From Bacteroidota bacterium (GTDB lineage Bacteria; Bacteroidota; Bacteroidia; Chitinophagales; S012-47): a stretch of 64,000 nucleotides of DNA. Positions 20,983-31,000 of this stretch are shown here, piece after piece. Every line of letters starts with the position of its first letter. Position 1 is the first letter of the stretch. The notes beneath the pieces are model-generated. The model was not told where the DNA came from. It was given only the letters and a program-made list of their open reading frames with translations, and ran no database searches. The DNA lies in contig JAJRWN010000006.1 in NCBI GenBank assembly GCA_024276745.1, forward strand, positions 11,926-75,925, written 5' to 3'. The translations under genes and the position numbers were made by a program.

Positions 20983-21363
20983 ATGCCTGATAAGAAAAAG
21001 TTTGAACTCGAATTTGGTTTTCGTTCATCTCCATCTATTCTGTATAATTTTCTGACAACCCCTTCGGGACTTTCTCAATGGTTTGCCGAATCGGTTGATA
21101 TTAACGATGATATTTACAGGTTTACCTGGAGTGGAAGTGAAGAAGAAGCCAGAGTATTGGATTCTCAAGATAATGAGTTTATTCGCTTTCAATGGTTGGA
21201 AAGCGATGAATATGAGTTTTTTGAATTTCGAATTGAAGTTTCTGAAATTTCCCATGATACCATTCTGTACATTACCGATTTTGCCGCTGATTACGAACTT
21301 GATGATCAAAAACTTTTATGGCAGAGCCAGATTGATGTCTTGCACCAGCACATAGGTGGATAA
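20983..21363 (+). CDS. small acidic cytoplasmic protein, START-like/SRPBCC-type (tentative)
   Basis: 126 aa with no TM segment. The family name is from memory of similar Bacteroidota proteins ('SILYNFLTTPSGLSQWFA'). Confidence 0.5.
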   Translation: MPDKKKFELEFGFRSSPSILYNFLTTPSGLSQWFAESVDINDDIYRFTWSGSEEEARVLDSQDNEFIRFQWLESDEYEFFEFRIEVSEISHDTILYITDFAADYELDDQKLLWQSQIDVLHQHIGG

Positions 21364-21489
21364 TGTTGGATACAATGAATTTTCCAATAGCTCTACCTAA
21401 ATATAAAATCTCTGATTTGCTTTAAAAACGATTCTTTCAGATATTAAGAACCGTATTGTATGCCATATCAAAATTGATGGCATTATTAT

Positions 21490-21497
21490 TACTTTTG
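21490..21497 (+). promoter_or_regulatory. -7 promoter box (TActTTTG)
   Basis: Exact TAnnTTTG 22 nt upstream of GTG 21520. Confidence 0.35.
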
Positions 21498-21519
21498 ATG
21501 TTGCATTAAGCTGAGTGAA

Positions 21520-23001
21520 GTGAAGAAAATAGATTGGCTGATTATCAAGTCATTTTTTGGTCCTTTCCTGGCAACATTTTTTGTTGTCGAATTTGTCTTT
21601 ATCATGCAGTTCTTCTACGTGTATATTGATGATTTTATTGGTAAAGGGCTGGAATGGTATATTATTATTGAATTGGTTGCTTACTTATCAGCCAATACGG
21701 TACCTCTTGCTTTGCCCCTTGCAACTCTTTTGGCCTCCATTATGACCTTTGGGAATTTGGGCGAACGCTATGAATTGATGGCCATGAAATCGGCCGGTAT
21801 TCATTTAGTCCGTTTTATGCGTGGTCTAATTATCAGTATCGTATTGCTCGCTGCAGCTTCTCTTGCTTTTTCAAATTATGCTTTACCTACGGCCAATCTT
21901 AATTTTTATACAACTCTGGCTGATATCACCCACAAAAAACCGGCATTAAACATAAAGGAAGATGTTTTCTATCATGATATTCAAAATTATGTGATAAAAA
22001 TTGAGCATAAGGCTGATGATAACCGCCATATCTATGGTGTTTATATACAAGATAATACCGACTATAGCAGAAATCAATCCATAATTGTTGCCAAATCGGG
22101 ACTGATGTTTACTACCAACGATCAACTAAACCTGATTTTAAGGCTTGAAGATGGCGCTAAATATGAAATATTATCTAATCAAAAAACCGGTAGTAAGCAG
22201 AAAACCTATGTAAAAACTTATTTTGATACTTTAGAAAAAGTGCTTGATTTATCAGATTTTAAAATGGCACGAACCAATAAGGATTTGTACAAAGGACATT
22301 ATATCATGCTGAATATCCCTCAACTAAAGGGATATATTGATTCGCTGAGTGATGATATGCTCTTTCAGCAAGAAGCTGTAGATAAGGTTTTATTGCCTTA
22401 TTTCTATACAAAAAGAAGCTCGAACCATTGGAAAGATTCGCTCATGAATCCCTATCCCGATACTTTATTTGCCAAAGCACCGGCAAACGATACACTATTG
22501 GCTTCAGATATTGTTCATTATTTCGAAAAAAGAAAATCATCGGATGCTGCAACAAGAGCATTAAGCATGATAAGAAATATAAAAGCACAACTTCAATCGC
22601 CTATCTTACCGCGCTACAGAAATGATTTAATGTATATGACCAGAGCCGCTATTGAGCTTCATCGTAAATATACACTTGCTATTGCCTGTATTGTCTTATT
22701 GCTGATTGGTGCTCCTTTTGGTGCCATTGTAAGAAAAGGTGGTGTCGGTCTTCCCTTAGTGGCTTCGGTGCTTTTTTATATTTTATATTTGGTATTATCC
22801 AAAATTGGAGAGAGCCTTGCCAAGAATAATTCCCTGCCGGTTGAATATGCTATGTGGTTATCTACCATATTTTTGCTTCCTGTCGGCTTTTATCTTACCT
22901 ACAAAGCCATGAACGATTCATCTATTTTGCAATCAGAAACTTATCAAAGGATTTTGAAAAAATTATTTAAAAACTCCATGCATGATAAAGATAATTCTTA
23001 A
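21520..23001 (+). CDS. LptF/LptG-family (YjgP/YjgQ) permease
   Basis: 493 aa with three N-terminal TM helices, a large external insert and three C-terminal TM helices. The N-terminus 'DWLIIKSFFGPFLATFF' is typical of the family. Confidence 0.8.
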   Translation: MKKIDWLIIKSFFGPFLATFFVVEFVFIMQFFYVYIDDFIGKGLEWYIIIELVAYLSANTVPLALPLATLLASIMTFGNLGERYELMAMKSAGIHLVRFMRGLIISIVLLAAASLAFSNYALPTANLNFYTTLADITHKKPALNIKEDVFYHDIQNYVIKIEHKADDNRHIYGVYIQDNTDYSRNQSIIVAKSGLMFTTNDQLNLILRLEDGAKYEILSNQKTGSKQKTYVKTYFDTLEKVLDLSDFKMARTNKDLYKGHYIMLNIPQLKGYIDSLSDDMLFQQEAVDKVLLPYFYTKRSSNHWKDSLMNPYPDTLFAKAPANDTLLASDIVHYFEKRKSSDAATRALSMIRNIKAQLQSPILPRYRNDLMYMTRAAIELHRKYTLAIACIVLLLIGAPFGAIVRKGGVGLPLVASVLFYILYLVLSKIGESLAKNNSLPVEYAMWLSTIFLLPVGFYLTYKAMNDSSILQSETYQRILKKLFKNSMHDKDNS

Positions 23002-23638
23002 ACCATATTTTGCCCGGATATTATTGCTGCTGTTGCTATGGATTGTTTTGGGAGCTATATTGTTAAGCTATTCGGATAAAGGTGATTATGTGCTTTGGGC
23101 AGCAAAGCATCGGTCATTGTTTTTCAACCGCTTTTTCTACTTTTTTACCCAGCTTGGTAATGGTTGGGTATTGAGTATTGTCTTGCTGATATTAGCTTTC
23201 ATTAAGTTTGAATATTTTTTAAAACTGAGTATTATTTTAGGTATTACAGCTTTGCTTATTATACTTTTTAAACAAATTGTTTTTACAGGATTCAGCAGAC
23301 CGATAGTATTTTTTCAAAACCGGGGTATTGTATTAAATCCGGTACCCTATACTTCGTTAAATCATTTATACAGTTTTCCATCGGGACATACTGCTGCAGG
23401 ATTTGCATTTTTTATAAGTTTGGCATGCTTCATAAAACAAAAAAACTATGTTCCGCTTTTCTTTATTTGTGCAACTTTAGTAGGATTTTCAAGAGTTTAT
23501 CTTGGTCAGCATTTTTTTATGGATGTTTATGCCGGTGCTATTATCGGCAGTCTGACCAGTATTGTTGTCATGTGGTTTTTTGAAAAAAAACAATGGAATA
23601 TTAATTATTCCCTGATTGAACTTTTTCGTAAAGCTTGA
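22982..23638 (+). CDS. PAP2-family phosphatase (membrane)
   Basis: 218 aa with the three PAP2 motifs: 'KQIVFTGFSRP', 'PSGH' and 'SRVYLGQHFFMD'. Confidence 0.85.
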   Translation: MIKIILKPYFARILLLLLLWIVLGAILLSYSDKGDYVLWAAKHRSLFFNRFFYFFTQLGNGWVLSIVLLILAFIKFEYFLKLSIILGITALLIILFKQIVFTGFSRPIVFFQNRGIVLNPVPYTSLNHLYSFPSGHTAAGFAFFISLACFIKQKNYVPLFFICATLVGFSRVYLGQHFFMDVYAGAIIGSLTSIVVMWFFEKKQWNINYSLIELFRKA

Positions 23639-24362
23639 ATTTGGCCAATCCGGTTCTTTGCATAAAATGCATCATCGATACTTTAAGCACTCCTAAACCG
23701 TATTGAGTACTTCTGGCAAAGTTAATACTCGATGCTTCTTTAAAATATTTTGTCGGGCAGGTTACTTCTGCAATGGGAATATCGGCATAAATTATTTGTG
23801 ATAACATTTGATTATCGAATACAAAATCATTGGAATTCCCCCAAATATCAATATGATCAAATACTTGTTTTGAAAATGCCCGGTAGCCGGTGTGATATTC
23901 AGATAATTTATGACCAATCAATAAATTCTGGGTAAAAGTAAGCAAGCGGTTTGCAATATATTTATATACCGGCATGCCACCTTTTTTTGCACCATTTCCC
24001 AAAATCCGGGAGCCTAAAACAACAGGATATAAGCCTTCGGCAATAATGCTTACCATGGCAGGTATTAATTTGGGTGTGTATTGATAATCAGGATGAAGCA
24101 TGATGATGATATCTGCATTAAGTTTAAGTGCCGTTTTGTAACATGTTTTTTGATTGGCTCCATAGCCTTTGTTCTTATCATGCAATATGATGTGTCTGAT
24201 ACCCAATGCTTCTGCTTTTTCAGGCGTTTGATCGGTGCTGGCATCATCTACCAATACCACATCGTCAACTATATCGAAAGGAATTTCACGATAGGTTTTT
24301 TCGAGGGTTGACGCTGCATTATAGGCAGGCAGTACTACAACTATTTTGAGCTTTCGGTACAT
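23601..24362 (-). CDS. glycosyltransferase family 2 (soluble GT-A type)
   Basis: 253 aa with 'VVLPAYNAASTLEKT' and 'LVDDASTDQT'. The last 38 nt overlap the 3' end of the convergent PAP2 gene. Confidence 0.85.
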   Translation of the reverse strand: MYRKLKIVVVLPAYNAASTLEKTYREIPFDIVDDVVLVDDASTDQTPEKAEALGIRHIILHDKNKGYGANQKTCYKTALKLNADIIIMLHPDYQYTPKLIPAMVSIIAEGLYPVVLGSRILGNGAKKGGMPVYKYIANRLLTFTQNLLIGHKLSEYHTGYRAFSKQVFDHIDIWGNSNDFVFDNQMLSQIIYADIPIAEVTCPTKYFKEASSINFARSTQYGLGVLKVSMMHFMQRTGLAKFKLYEKVQSGNN

Positions 24363-24382
24363 TTTTGTTTTTCTGCTTCAGG

Positions 24383-24390
24383 CAAATATA
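24383..24390 (-). promoter_or_regulatory. -7 promoter box (TAtaTTTG on the minus strand)
   Basis: CAAAtaTA on the plus strand, 20 nt upstream of the GT2 start at 24362. Confidence 0.35.
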
Positions 24391-24453
24391 ATGAGACCTG
24401 CCAAATGCTTGCGATTATTTTTAAATTGTCTTTAATATCGAAGCAAAGGATAC

Positions 24454-24461
24454 TAAATTTG
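24454..24461 (+). promoter_or_regulatory. -7 promoter box (TAaaTTTG)
   Basis: Exact TAnnTTTG 25 nt upstream of ATG 24487. Its position argues against the TTG 24466 start in the ORF track. Confidence 0.35.
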
Positions 24462-24486
24462 CCCTTTGCTGCATGAGCATCTGTTT

Positions 24487-25692
24487 ATGAACATACTTCA
24501 ACTATGCAAAAAAAGTCCTTACCCTGCCAATGATGGCGAAAGTATCGCTATTTTGCAAATCAGCCGGGGACTTGTCGAGCAGGGTCATCAGATATGCGTG
24601 TTGGCTTTAAATACCCCAAAACATTATTATCCTGCCGATGCATATCCGGAAGATTTAAAAGCAATAATCAGTTTTAATCTTGTTGAGCATGATACCTCCA
24701 TAAAAATGTACAAAGCTTTTCTGAATCTATTAAGCCTGAAACCTTACCATATAACCCGTTTTGACAGTAAAACTTACCGGGAGAAGCTGATACAGATATT
24801 GAAGAAAAATCAATTTGATATTATCCAGGCTGAAGGAATTCATCTGGCTATCTATCTTAAAACTATTAGAAAATACAGCCGGGCAAAGATTGTATTGCGT
24901 TCTCATAATGTAGAGCATCTGATTTGGCAAAGAATTGCTGCCAATACCAAAAATCTATTAAAAAAAATATATTTAAAAATTCAAGCTAAAAGATTAAAAC
25001 GTTTTGAACTTCATACCATCAATCAATTTGACGGTATAGCCTCCATTTCACCCACAGATTCTACATATTTTCAAACTAATGGATGCCTGAAGCCATTGGC
25101 AAATATTCTACCCGGTCTTAACATCAAGGATTATCCCTTAAACATTATTCGCCAACCGGTAGAAGATTGCTGCATTTTTGGGGCTCTCGATTGGATACCG
25201 AATCAGGAAGGATTATCCTGGTTTGTACACCAAGTGTGGCCAATACTTAAAAAGCAGGAAAAGCAACTAAAATTATTAATTGCCGGAAGAAATGCACCGG
25301 AATGGATAAAACAATTTAATGGTAACGGGATACAATTTTTAGGCGAAATTGACGATGCTTCATCTTTTTATGCCGATCATGCTTTGTTTCTAATTCCATT
25401 ATTTTCGGGGTCAGGTATTAAAATCAAAATCATTGAAGCATTGACCTACGGAAAAACGATTGTGGCCACATCGCTGGCTTTGGAAGGCACCGGATTGAAA
25501 GCCGGTGTTCACTTATTGCAGGCTGACGATAAACAATCCTTTGCCGAGGCTATATCAAGTTGTTTGCATCGTAATGAATTACGGATTAAACTTGCGGAAG
25601 CAGGTAGCAAATTTGTAAGAGATGAATATTCAATACAAAAAATTATTCTGCAGTTAACTCATTTTTATAAAAGCTTATTGAATGCTGTATAA
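24487..25692 (+). CDS. glycosyltransferase, GT-B fold (family 4/group 1)
   Basis: The N-terminus 'MNILQLCKKSPYPANDGESI' and the C-terminal 'LIPLFSGSGIKIKIIEALTYGKTIVAT' are typical of GT4 enzymes. Confidence 0.8.
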   Translation: MNILQLCKKSPYPANDGESIAILQISRGLVEQGHQICVLALNTPKHYYPADAYPEDLKAIISFNLVEHDTSIKMYKAFLNLLSLKPYHITRFDSKTYREKLIQILKKNQFDIIQAEGIHLAIYLKTIRKYSRAKIVLRSHNVEHLIWQRIAANTKNLLKKIYLKIQAKRLKRFELHTINQFDGIASISPTDSTYFQTNGCLKPLANILPGLNIKDYPLNIIRQPVEDCCIFGALDWIPNQEGLSWFVHQVWPILKKQEKQLKLLIAGRNAPEWIKQFNGNGIQFLGEIDDASSFYADHALFLIPLFSGSGIKIKIIEALTYGKTIVATSLALEGTGLKAGVHLLQADDKQSFAEAISSCLHRNELRIKLAEAGSKFVRDEYSIQKIILQLTHFYKSLLNAV

Positions 25693-26863
25693 CATTCTTC
25701 TTGTTTTATTTTATCTTTCACTGGCAGTTCTGCTACACAGCTATCTGTTTTATCCGTTTTTGATGACATTGCTTGCTTCAAAAAAGAAACAAGATTTTAC
25801 TACAAATCCTAATTATACCCCTGAAATTGCTGTATTAATAGCCGCTTATAATGAGGAGAAAGTAATAAAGCAGAAAATTAAAAGCATTCTTTCCTCCGAT
25901 TATCCGGAAGAGAAATTAAAAATTTATATTGGTTCTGATGCTTCTACCGATAGAACTGACCAGATCGTATCTGCCATAGCAAAGCAAGAAAACCGGCTAA
26001 TCTTCAAGCGATTTGAAGAAAGAACAGGTAAAGCCGGCATTGTCAATCAACTGGCACTTTTGGCCAAAAATGACGGAGCCGGAATATTAATTATGACAGA
26101 TGCAAACGTTATGTTTGTTCGTAATACCATCAGGGAATTGGTCAGCGGTTTTTCAGACCCGGCAACCGGGCAAATTGCCGCAAATATTTTAAGTACCGGA
26201 AAACATCATGACGGTATTGCTTTTCAGGAAGAACAATATATACAACGGGAGAATCTGATAAAATATCATGAAGGAAAAGCATGGGGTACCATGATGGGCG
26301 CTTTTGGAGCCTGCTATGCCGTAAGGACTAAGCTCATGCCTGAAATACCCAAAAACTTTATGATGGAAGATTTCTTTATTTCCATGCATGTATTGAAACA
26401 GGGATATAAGGCAATCAGCAATCCCAAAGCTCTGGCAGAAGAAGATGTATCATTCAAAGTAAGGGAAGAATTTATTCGTAAGAAAAGAATATCGGCCGGT
26501 AATTATCAAAATCTGATGTACTACAAAAGCATGCTATGGCCGGTATGGAAGAAATTACCGTTTAGCTTTTGGTCACATAAAGTACTCCGGTGGTTTGGTC
26601 CCTTTTTCTTAATTATCCTTTTTGTATCCGGGGCATTACTGGCCGGCTACAATACTTTTTATTTTATACTATTTATGGCACAGCTTGGCGTGTGGCTGAT
26701 TCCTTTACTTGAATTACTGCTTCAATGGCTGAACATACAATTCGTTATTAGTAGATTTGTCTATTATTTTTATGCAATGAATCTGGCTCTGTTGGCCGGT
26801 TTTTTCAAATACCTAAAAGGAATTAAAACTAATGTCTGGCAACCCATTGAGCGAAATCGCTAA
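25682..26863 (+). CDS. membrane-anchored glycosyltransferase family 2
   Basis: 393 aa. An N-terminal TM helix, a GT-A core ('[12 protein letters not shown]', 'GSDASTDRT', 'MTDANV') and three to four C-terminal TM helices. Confidence 0.8.
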   Translation: MLYNILLVLFYLSLAVLLHSYLFYPFLMTLLASKKKQDFTTNPNYTPEIAVLIAAYNEEKVIKQKIKSILSSDYPEEKLKIYIGSDASTDRTDQIVSAIAKQENRLIFKRFEERTGKAGIVNQLALLAKNDGAGILIMTDANVMFVRNTIRELVSGFSDPATGQIAANILSTGKHHDGIAFQEEQYIQRENLIKYHEGKAWGTMMGAFGACYAVRTKLMPEIPKNFMMEDFFISMHVLKQGYKAISNPKALAEEDVSFKVREEFIRKKRISAGNYQNLMYYKSMLWPVWKKLPFSFWSHKVLRWFGPFFLIILFVSGALLAGYNTFYFILFMAQLGVWLIPLLELLLQWLNIQFVISRFVYYFYAMNLALLAGFFKYLKGIKTNVWQPIERNR

Positions 26864-26864
26864 A

Positions 26865-28073
26865 ATGAACAGTATTGAAGAGGCTTTAGAAGCGATAAAA
26901 GCCGGTAAACTGATTATCGTTGTGGACGATGAAAACCGGGAAAACGAAGGTGACTTTATTACTGCTGCCCGTAATGTTACTCCCGAAATCATTAACTTTA
27001 TGGCCCGGAACGGAAGAGGTTTAATCTGTGCTCCTATTGTTGAAGATCGCTGTGATGAATTGAATCTTGAACTAATGGTTCATAGAAATACCGCTTTACA
27101 TGAAACTCCATTCACTGTTTCGGTAGATTTGAAAGGACACGGATGTACTACTGGAATTAGTGCCAGCGACAGAGCCAAAACCGTTCAAGCTCTGATTGAT
27201 CCTGACATAAACCCTGATGATCTTGGAAGGCCCGGGCATATATTTCCACTCCGGGCAATGAGAGGCGGTGTGCTCAGAAGAGCAGGTCACACCGAAGCAA
27301 CGATTGATCTTGCCCGTTTAGCCGGTTTCGAAGCTGCCGGTGTGCTGGTTGAAATCATGAATGAAGACGGCACCATGGCCAAATTACCTCAATTACAGAA
27401 AATCGCACAAAAATTTGATTTGAAATTAATTTCTATTCAGGATTTAATCTCATACCGCTTAACCCATGAAACATTAATAAAAAAAGAAGAAGAAGTACGA
27501 ATGCCTACCAAGTATGGCGATTTTAACCTGATTGCATTCCGGCAATTAACTAATATGCAATTACATCTTGCTCTGGTGAAAGGTGAATGGAATTCATCAG
27601 AACCGGTGCTGGTAAGGGTTCATTCCAGTTGTGTGACAGGTGATATTTTAGGTTCTATGCGTTGCGATTGTGGCGATCAACTTCATCAAGCCATGCAAAT
27701 GGTTGATCAGGCAGGTAAAGGCATTGTACTCTATATGAATCAAGAGGGAAGGGGAATTGGCTTGCTTAATAAATTGCATGCCTATCATTTGCAGGAAGAC
27801 GGACTGGATACCGTTGAAGCAAATTTGAAATTAGGTTTTGCCAAAGACCCGCGCGATTATGGCATTGGTGCTCAAATGCTTCGTGCACTGAATGTAAAAA
27901 AAATCAAACTCATTACCAATAATCCAAAAAAAAGAATCGGCCTCGAAGCTTATGGTTTGGAAATTGTTGATAATGTTCCCATTGAAATACAACCTAATCC
28001 ATATAATCTGAAATACCTTGAGACCAAAAGAGACAAAATGGGTCATGAAATTTTAAAAGGAGAAAAAGAATAG
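26865..28073 (+). CDS. ribBA: bifunctional 3,4-dihydroxy-2-butanone-4-phosphate synthase / GTP cyclohydrolase II
   Basis: DHBP synthase '[10 protein letters not shown]' and GCH-II '[21 protein letters not shown]'. The conserved body starts at ATG 26865, 1 nt after the upstream stop; the ORF track opens at 26832. Confidence 0.95.
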   Translation: MNSIEEALEAIKAGKLIIVVDDENRENEGDFITAARNVTPEIINFMARNGRGLICAPIVEDRCDELNLELMVHRNTALHETPFTVSVDLKGHGCTTGISASDRAKTVQALIDPDINPDDLGRPGHIFPLRAMRGGVLRRAGHTEATIDLARLAGFEAAGVLVEIMNEDGTMAKLPQLQKIAQKFDLKLISIQDLISYRLTHETLIKKEEEVRMPTKYGDFNLIAFRQLTNMQLHLALVKGEWNSSEPVLVRVHSSCVTGDILGSMRCDCGDQLHQAMQMVDQAGKGIVLYMNQEGRGIGLLNKLHAYHLQEDGLDTVEANLKLGFAKDPRDYGIGAQMLRALNVKKIKLITNNPKKRIGLEAYGLEIVDNVPIEIQPNPYNLKYLETKRDKMGHEILKGEKE

Positions 28074-28083
28074 TACTTTCTGT

Positions 28084-31000
28084 TTAATCCGGAAAACTGC
28101 TTATTTCATCAATGATGGGTTTATCATCATTTTTACTGGCAGTCTTTTTACCATTACTCAGCTGAAAAAATTCACCGGCTGTATCGAAATCTTTTCTGAA
28201 AAACAACCCAATGCCCGTTTTGTTTTTATTCGCATTTTCAAATATATCGTAATCACTTTTCCTGAATCCTTTGATTCTGAATTTGCCATCCTCAGAAATA
28301 CTGTATTCCACTTCAAAATCACCGGCCAGATTATTGGTTGCCGTTACCGATGAATTAGTATTTCCAAAATCAAAATTACCTCCCACATTTACATTAAATC
28401 TACCCAGTTTTTTGCTAAGTTCCAGATTTAATTCATTTCTGCTGAGCGAATTGTTCGTATTTGAAATATCGCCAAGTTCATAGTTTTTGTAATTCAAATC
28501 AATTTCCATATCATACTTTGAGAGCATGTCGGAAAAATACATAGATAACTGGCTTGATAGAAATTCTGTCATGGTGTTCACACCGGCCGATTTCCAATTA
28601 GAACCGCTTCCTGTGTTTGTTACGACTTCAGACGGTATGAATTTATTGAAAACAATTAAGCCCAAAACTTGTTTGCTTAATTCATTCTCATCGCTTCTGA
28701 TTTCTTGTAATTTCTGGCTAAACCGATTAGAAACTGCGTAGGAATTTATGTCCGATTGCCTGATATCGAAACTGATATTGGGTGCTGATAAACTTCCGCG
28801 CATTTTAAGATATACATCAAGTGGGGTAGGTTGTTTCAGCTTTTTTATTTCATTCTCATTTAATTGACTGGATTCACTGGCAAAAAGATCATAGCCTGCA
28901 GCTTTTATTTTATAGATGGCATTGATGTCAAGCAATGCCTCGTAAGGATCGCCCGTCCAGGTAAGTGTTCCTCCTTCTTCAATCAAGAATTCCTTGTTTA
29001 TTATGTCTTTTAAGGTAAACAAGTATGATCCATTTTTAATTGTGTATGCTCCATACATATTGAAATCACCTGATGTGTTTATATCGAGCTTGATATTACC
29101 ATCACCTCTGCTTTTGATGATGTCACCGGCCTGAAGATCAAAAATCAGTTGAACTTCAGCTTTTGGATTAATATCTAAATCCATGGTAAGATGTAGATTA
29201 TTTAAATGTTTCTGAAGCTTTTCCTGAACCATGCTATCGTTTGTATCAGACCGGAATTGTATGAAATCATAATCGCCATATTCACCACCGTAAGTAACCG
29301 GAATAAACAATTTGCTGTTGTTTCCGGTTGAGGCGTTTACATAAACATTCATATCATCTACCGGACCACTGACATCAAGGTAAGCGGCACCATATGCTTG
29401 TCCGTAAAAGTCATTATTATCTTCAATATCTAAATTCATAAGTTGAAAATCATCGGCTGTTTTAATTTCAAAATGATTGAATATCAAATTATTAAATGAT
29501 GGAAGCATTAAATTGCCCGATACCTGGGCAGAAATACCATTCATATCGTATAGCATGCTTGGCTCAAAGCGGATGTTTTGTTTGTTTAATGATAAATGTA
29601 AAGTGTCAATCCGGTAATTTGTGTTTAGATAATCAAAATGAACACCTCCATTATGGTAAAGAATATTACCCGCCAAATCAACATTATCCGTTTTTCCACC
29701 GATTGAAAAATCACCGGATAAACTTCCGGCCATATCGGATAAAATACCACTTAAAAATGGATTAAGTGCGGATGCCGGAAGCTCATATAAATGTCCTTTT
29801 AAGTTAATTCTATCTTTCTTTTCATCCATGGTTATTACCCCATTGATATCAAGTAAAGTATCCTTCTGTATGAGTTTTGCAATTATGTTTGTTTGTTTTA
29901 TATAGGGAATATACCCACCTTGTAATTCTAATATACCCAGTTCCTGCTCGTCAATTCCAAAGTTTTTGATTTGCAAGTCCTGAATAATCCGGAAGGATTT
30001 TCCAAATACATTCAGCAACCTAAGATTTCCGTTTATGACGCCATTTATGCTATAATCTTTGTAGTCGGCAAGTTGAGTCAATGTTTGACAGTCAAGTTCA
30101 TGCACTTTGAGTTGAAGGGCTGTATAATTTTTTTGAGAACCTTTTGTGCTTAAATCTATGCTTTGTCCCGAATTGTTTAATTGGAAATGTGCAAATTGAA
30201 TTCCATCATCATAGTATTTAAACAGATTATCTGAATTAATCTCCCAGATTTTATCAGCCAGTTCGATGGTAGATTCAGATAAACTGATATTCAATGTGTC
30301 CTGATTACGATAAACATCACCATTGAGCGATACATCGTTGACGATATTATTATTAGATGATTCTAATTTAAAATGGGCTTCGTTTCCATATATATTGGCT
30401 TTTATCCGGCTTTTGCCCAGGCGATTATCAGCATCAATGACAAAATGGCTAAACGAAGCGGCCAATTTCAGCGTGTCGTGATAGGTTCTGACTAAGAAAT
30501 TGGCATTTTCCATTTTTCTTGATTTTCCAAGCTGTATTTCCGGAACTATACCATCCATCCTAATTGTTCTGTTTTGGCTGTTGAAATGTCCATATACAAA
30601 ACTTCCACCTAACCCTTTAAGTCCGTCATAGAGGAGGGAAAATGCTTTGTAATTTTTCTTGACTATCAAAGTAAAATTAAATTCCACATCATCTTGGTGA
30701 TTGTTTGAAGCAATGGAATCAGGATTGTAATATGTGTTTAACACATGCATAACCTGATTGGGTATTTGTGTTAAATGATAATCTCCATCCAGATTAAGAT
30801 CCATAATATCAGATTGGATATTGAGCGAATTGCCGAGATTATTTGTAGTGCTGTTGATCGAAATCGTATCAATATTATAGTGTCCTTCAGGAGAGCTTAC
30901 GAAAGCATTGGTAAACTGAATTTTGCCATTCATATTGTCAGGATCGATACCGCTGAAAGCCAAAGTGGCATTGGTTTTTATTTGAAGGGCTTGTTTGCTT

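Noticed and set aside
21460-21483. The hairpin ATGCCAT-(10 nt)-ATGGCAT after the START-like gene, considered as a terminator.
   Set aside because: The stem is only 7 bp and the T-tract that follows is interrupted. The call is too weak.
26832-26864. I looked for an FMN riboswitch or leader upstream of ribBA.
   Set aside because: The conserved RibBA body starts 1 nt after the stop of the upstream glycosyltransferase, so there is no untranslated space for a riboswitch.
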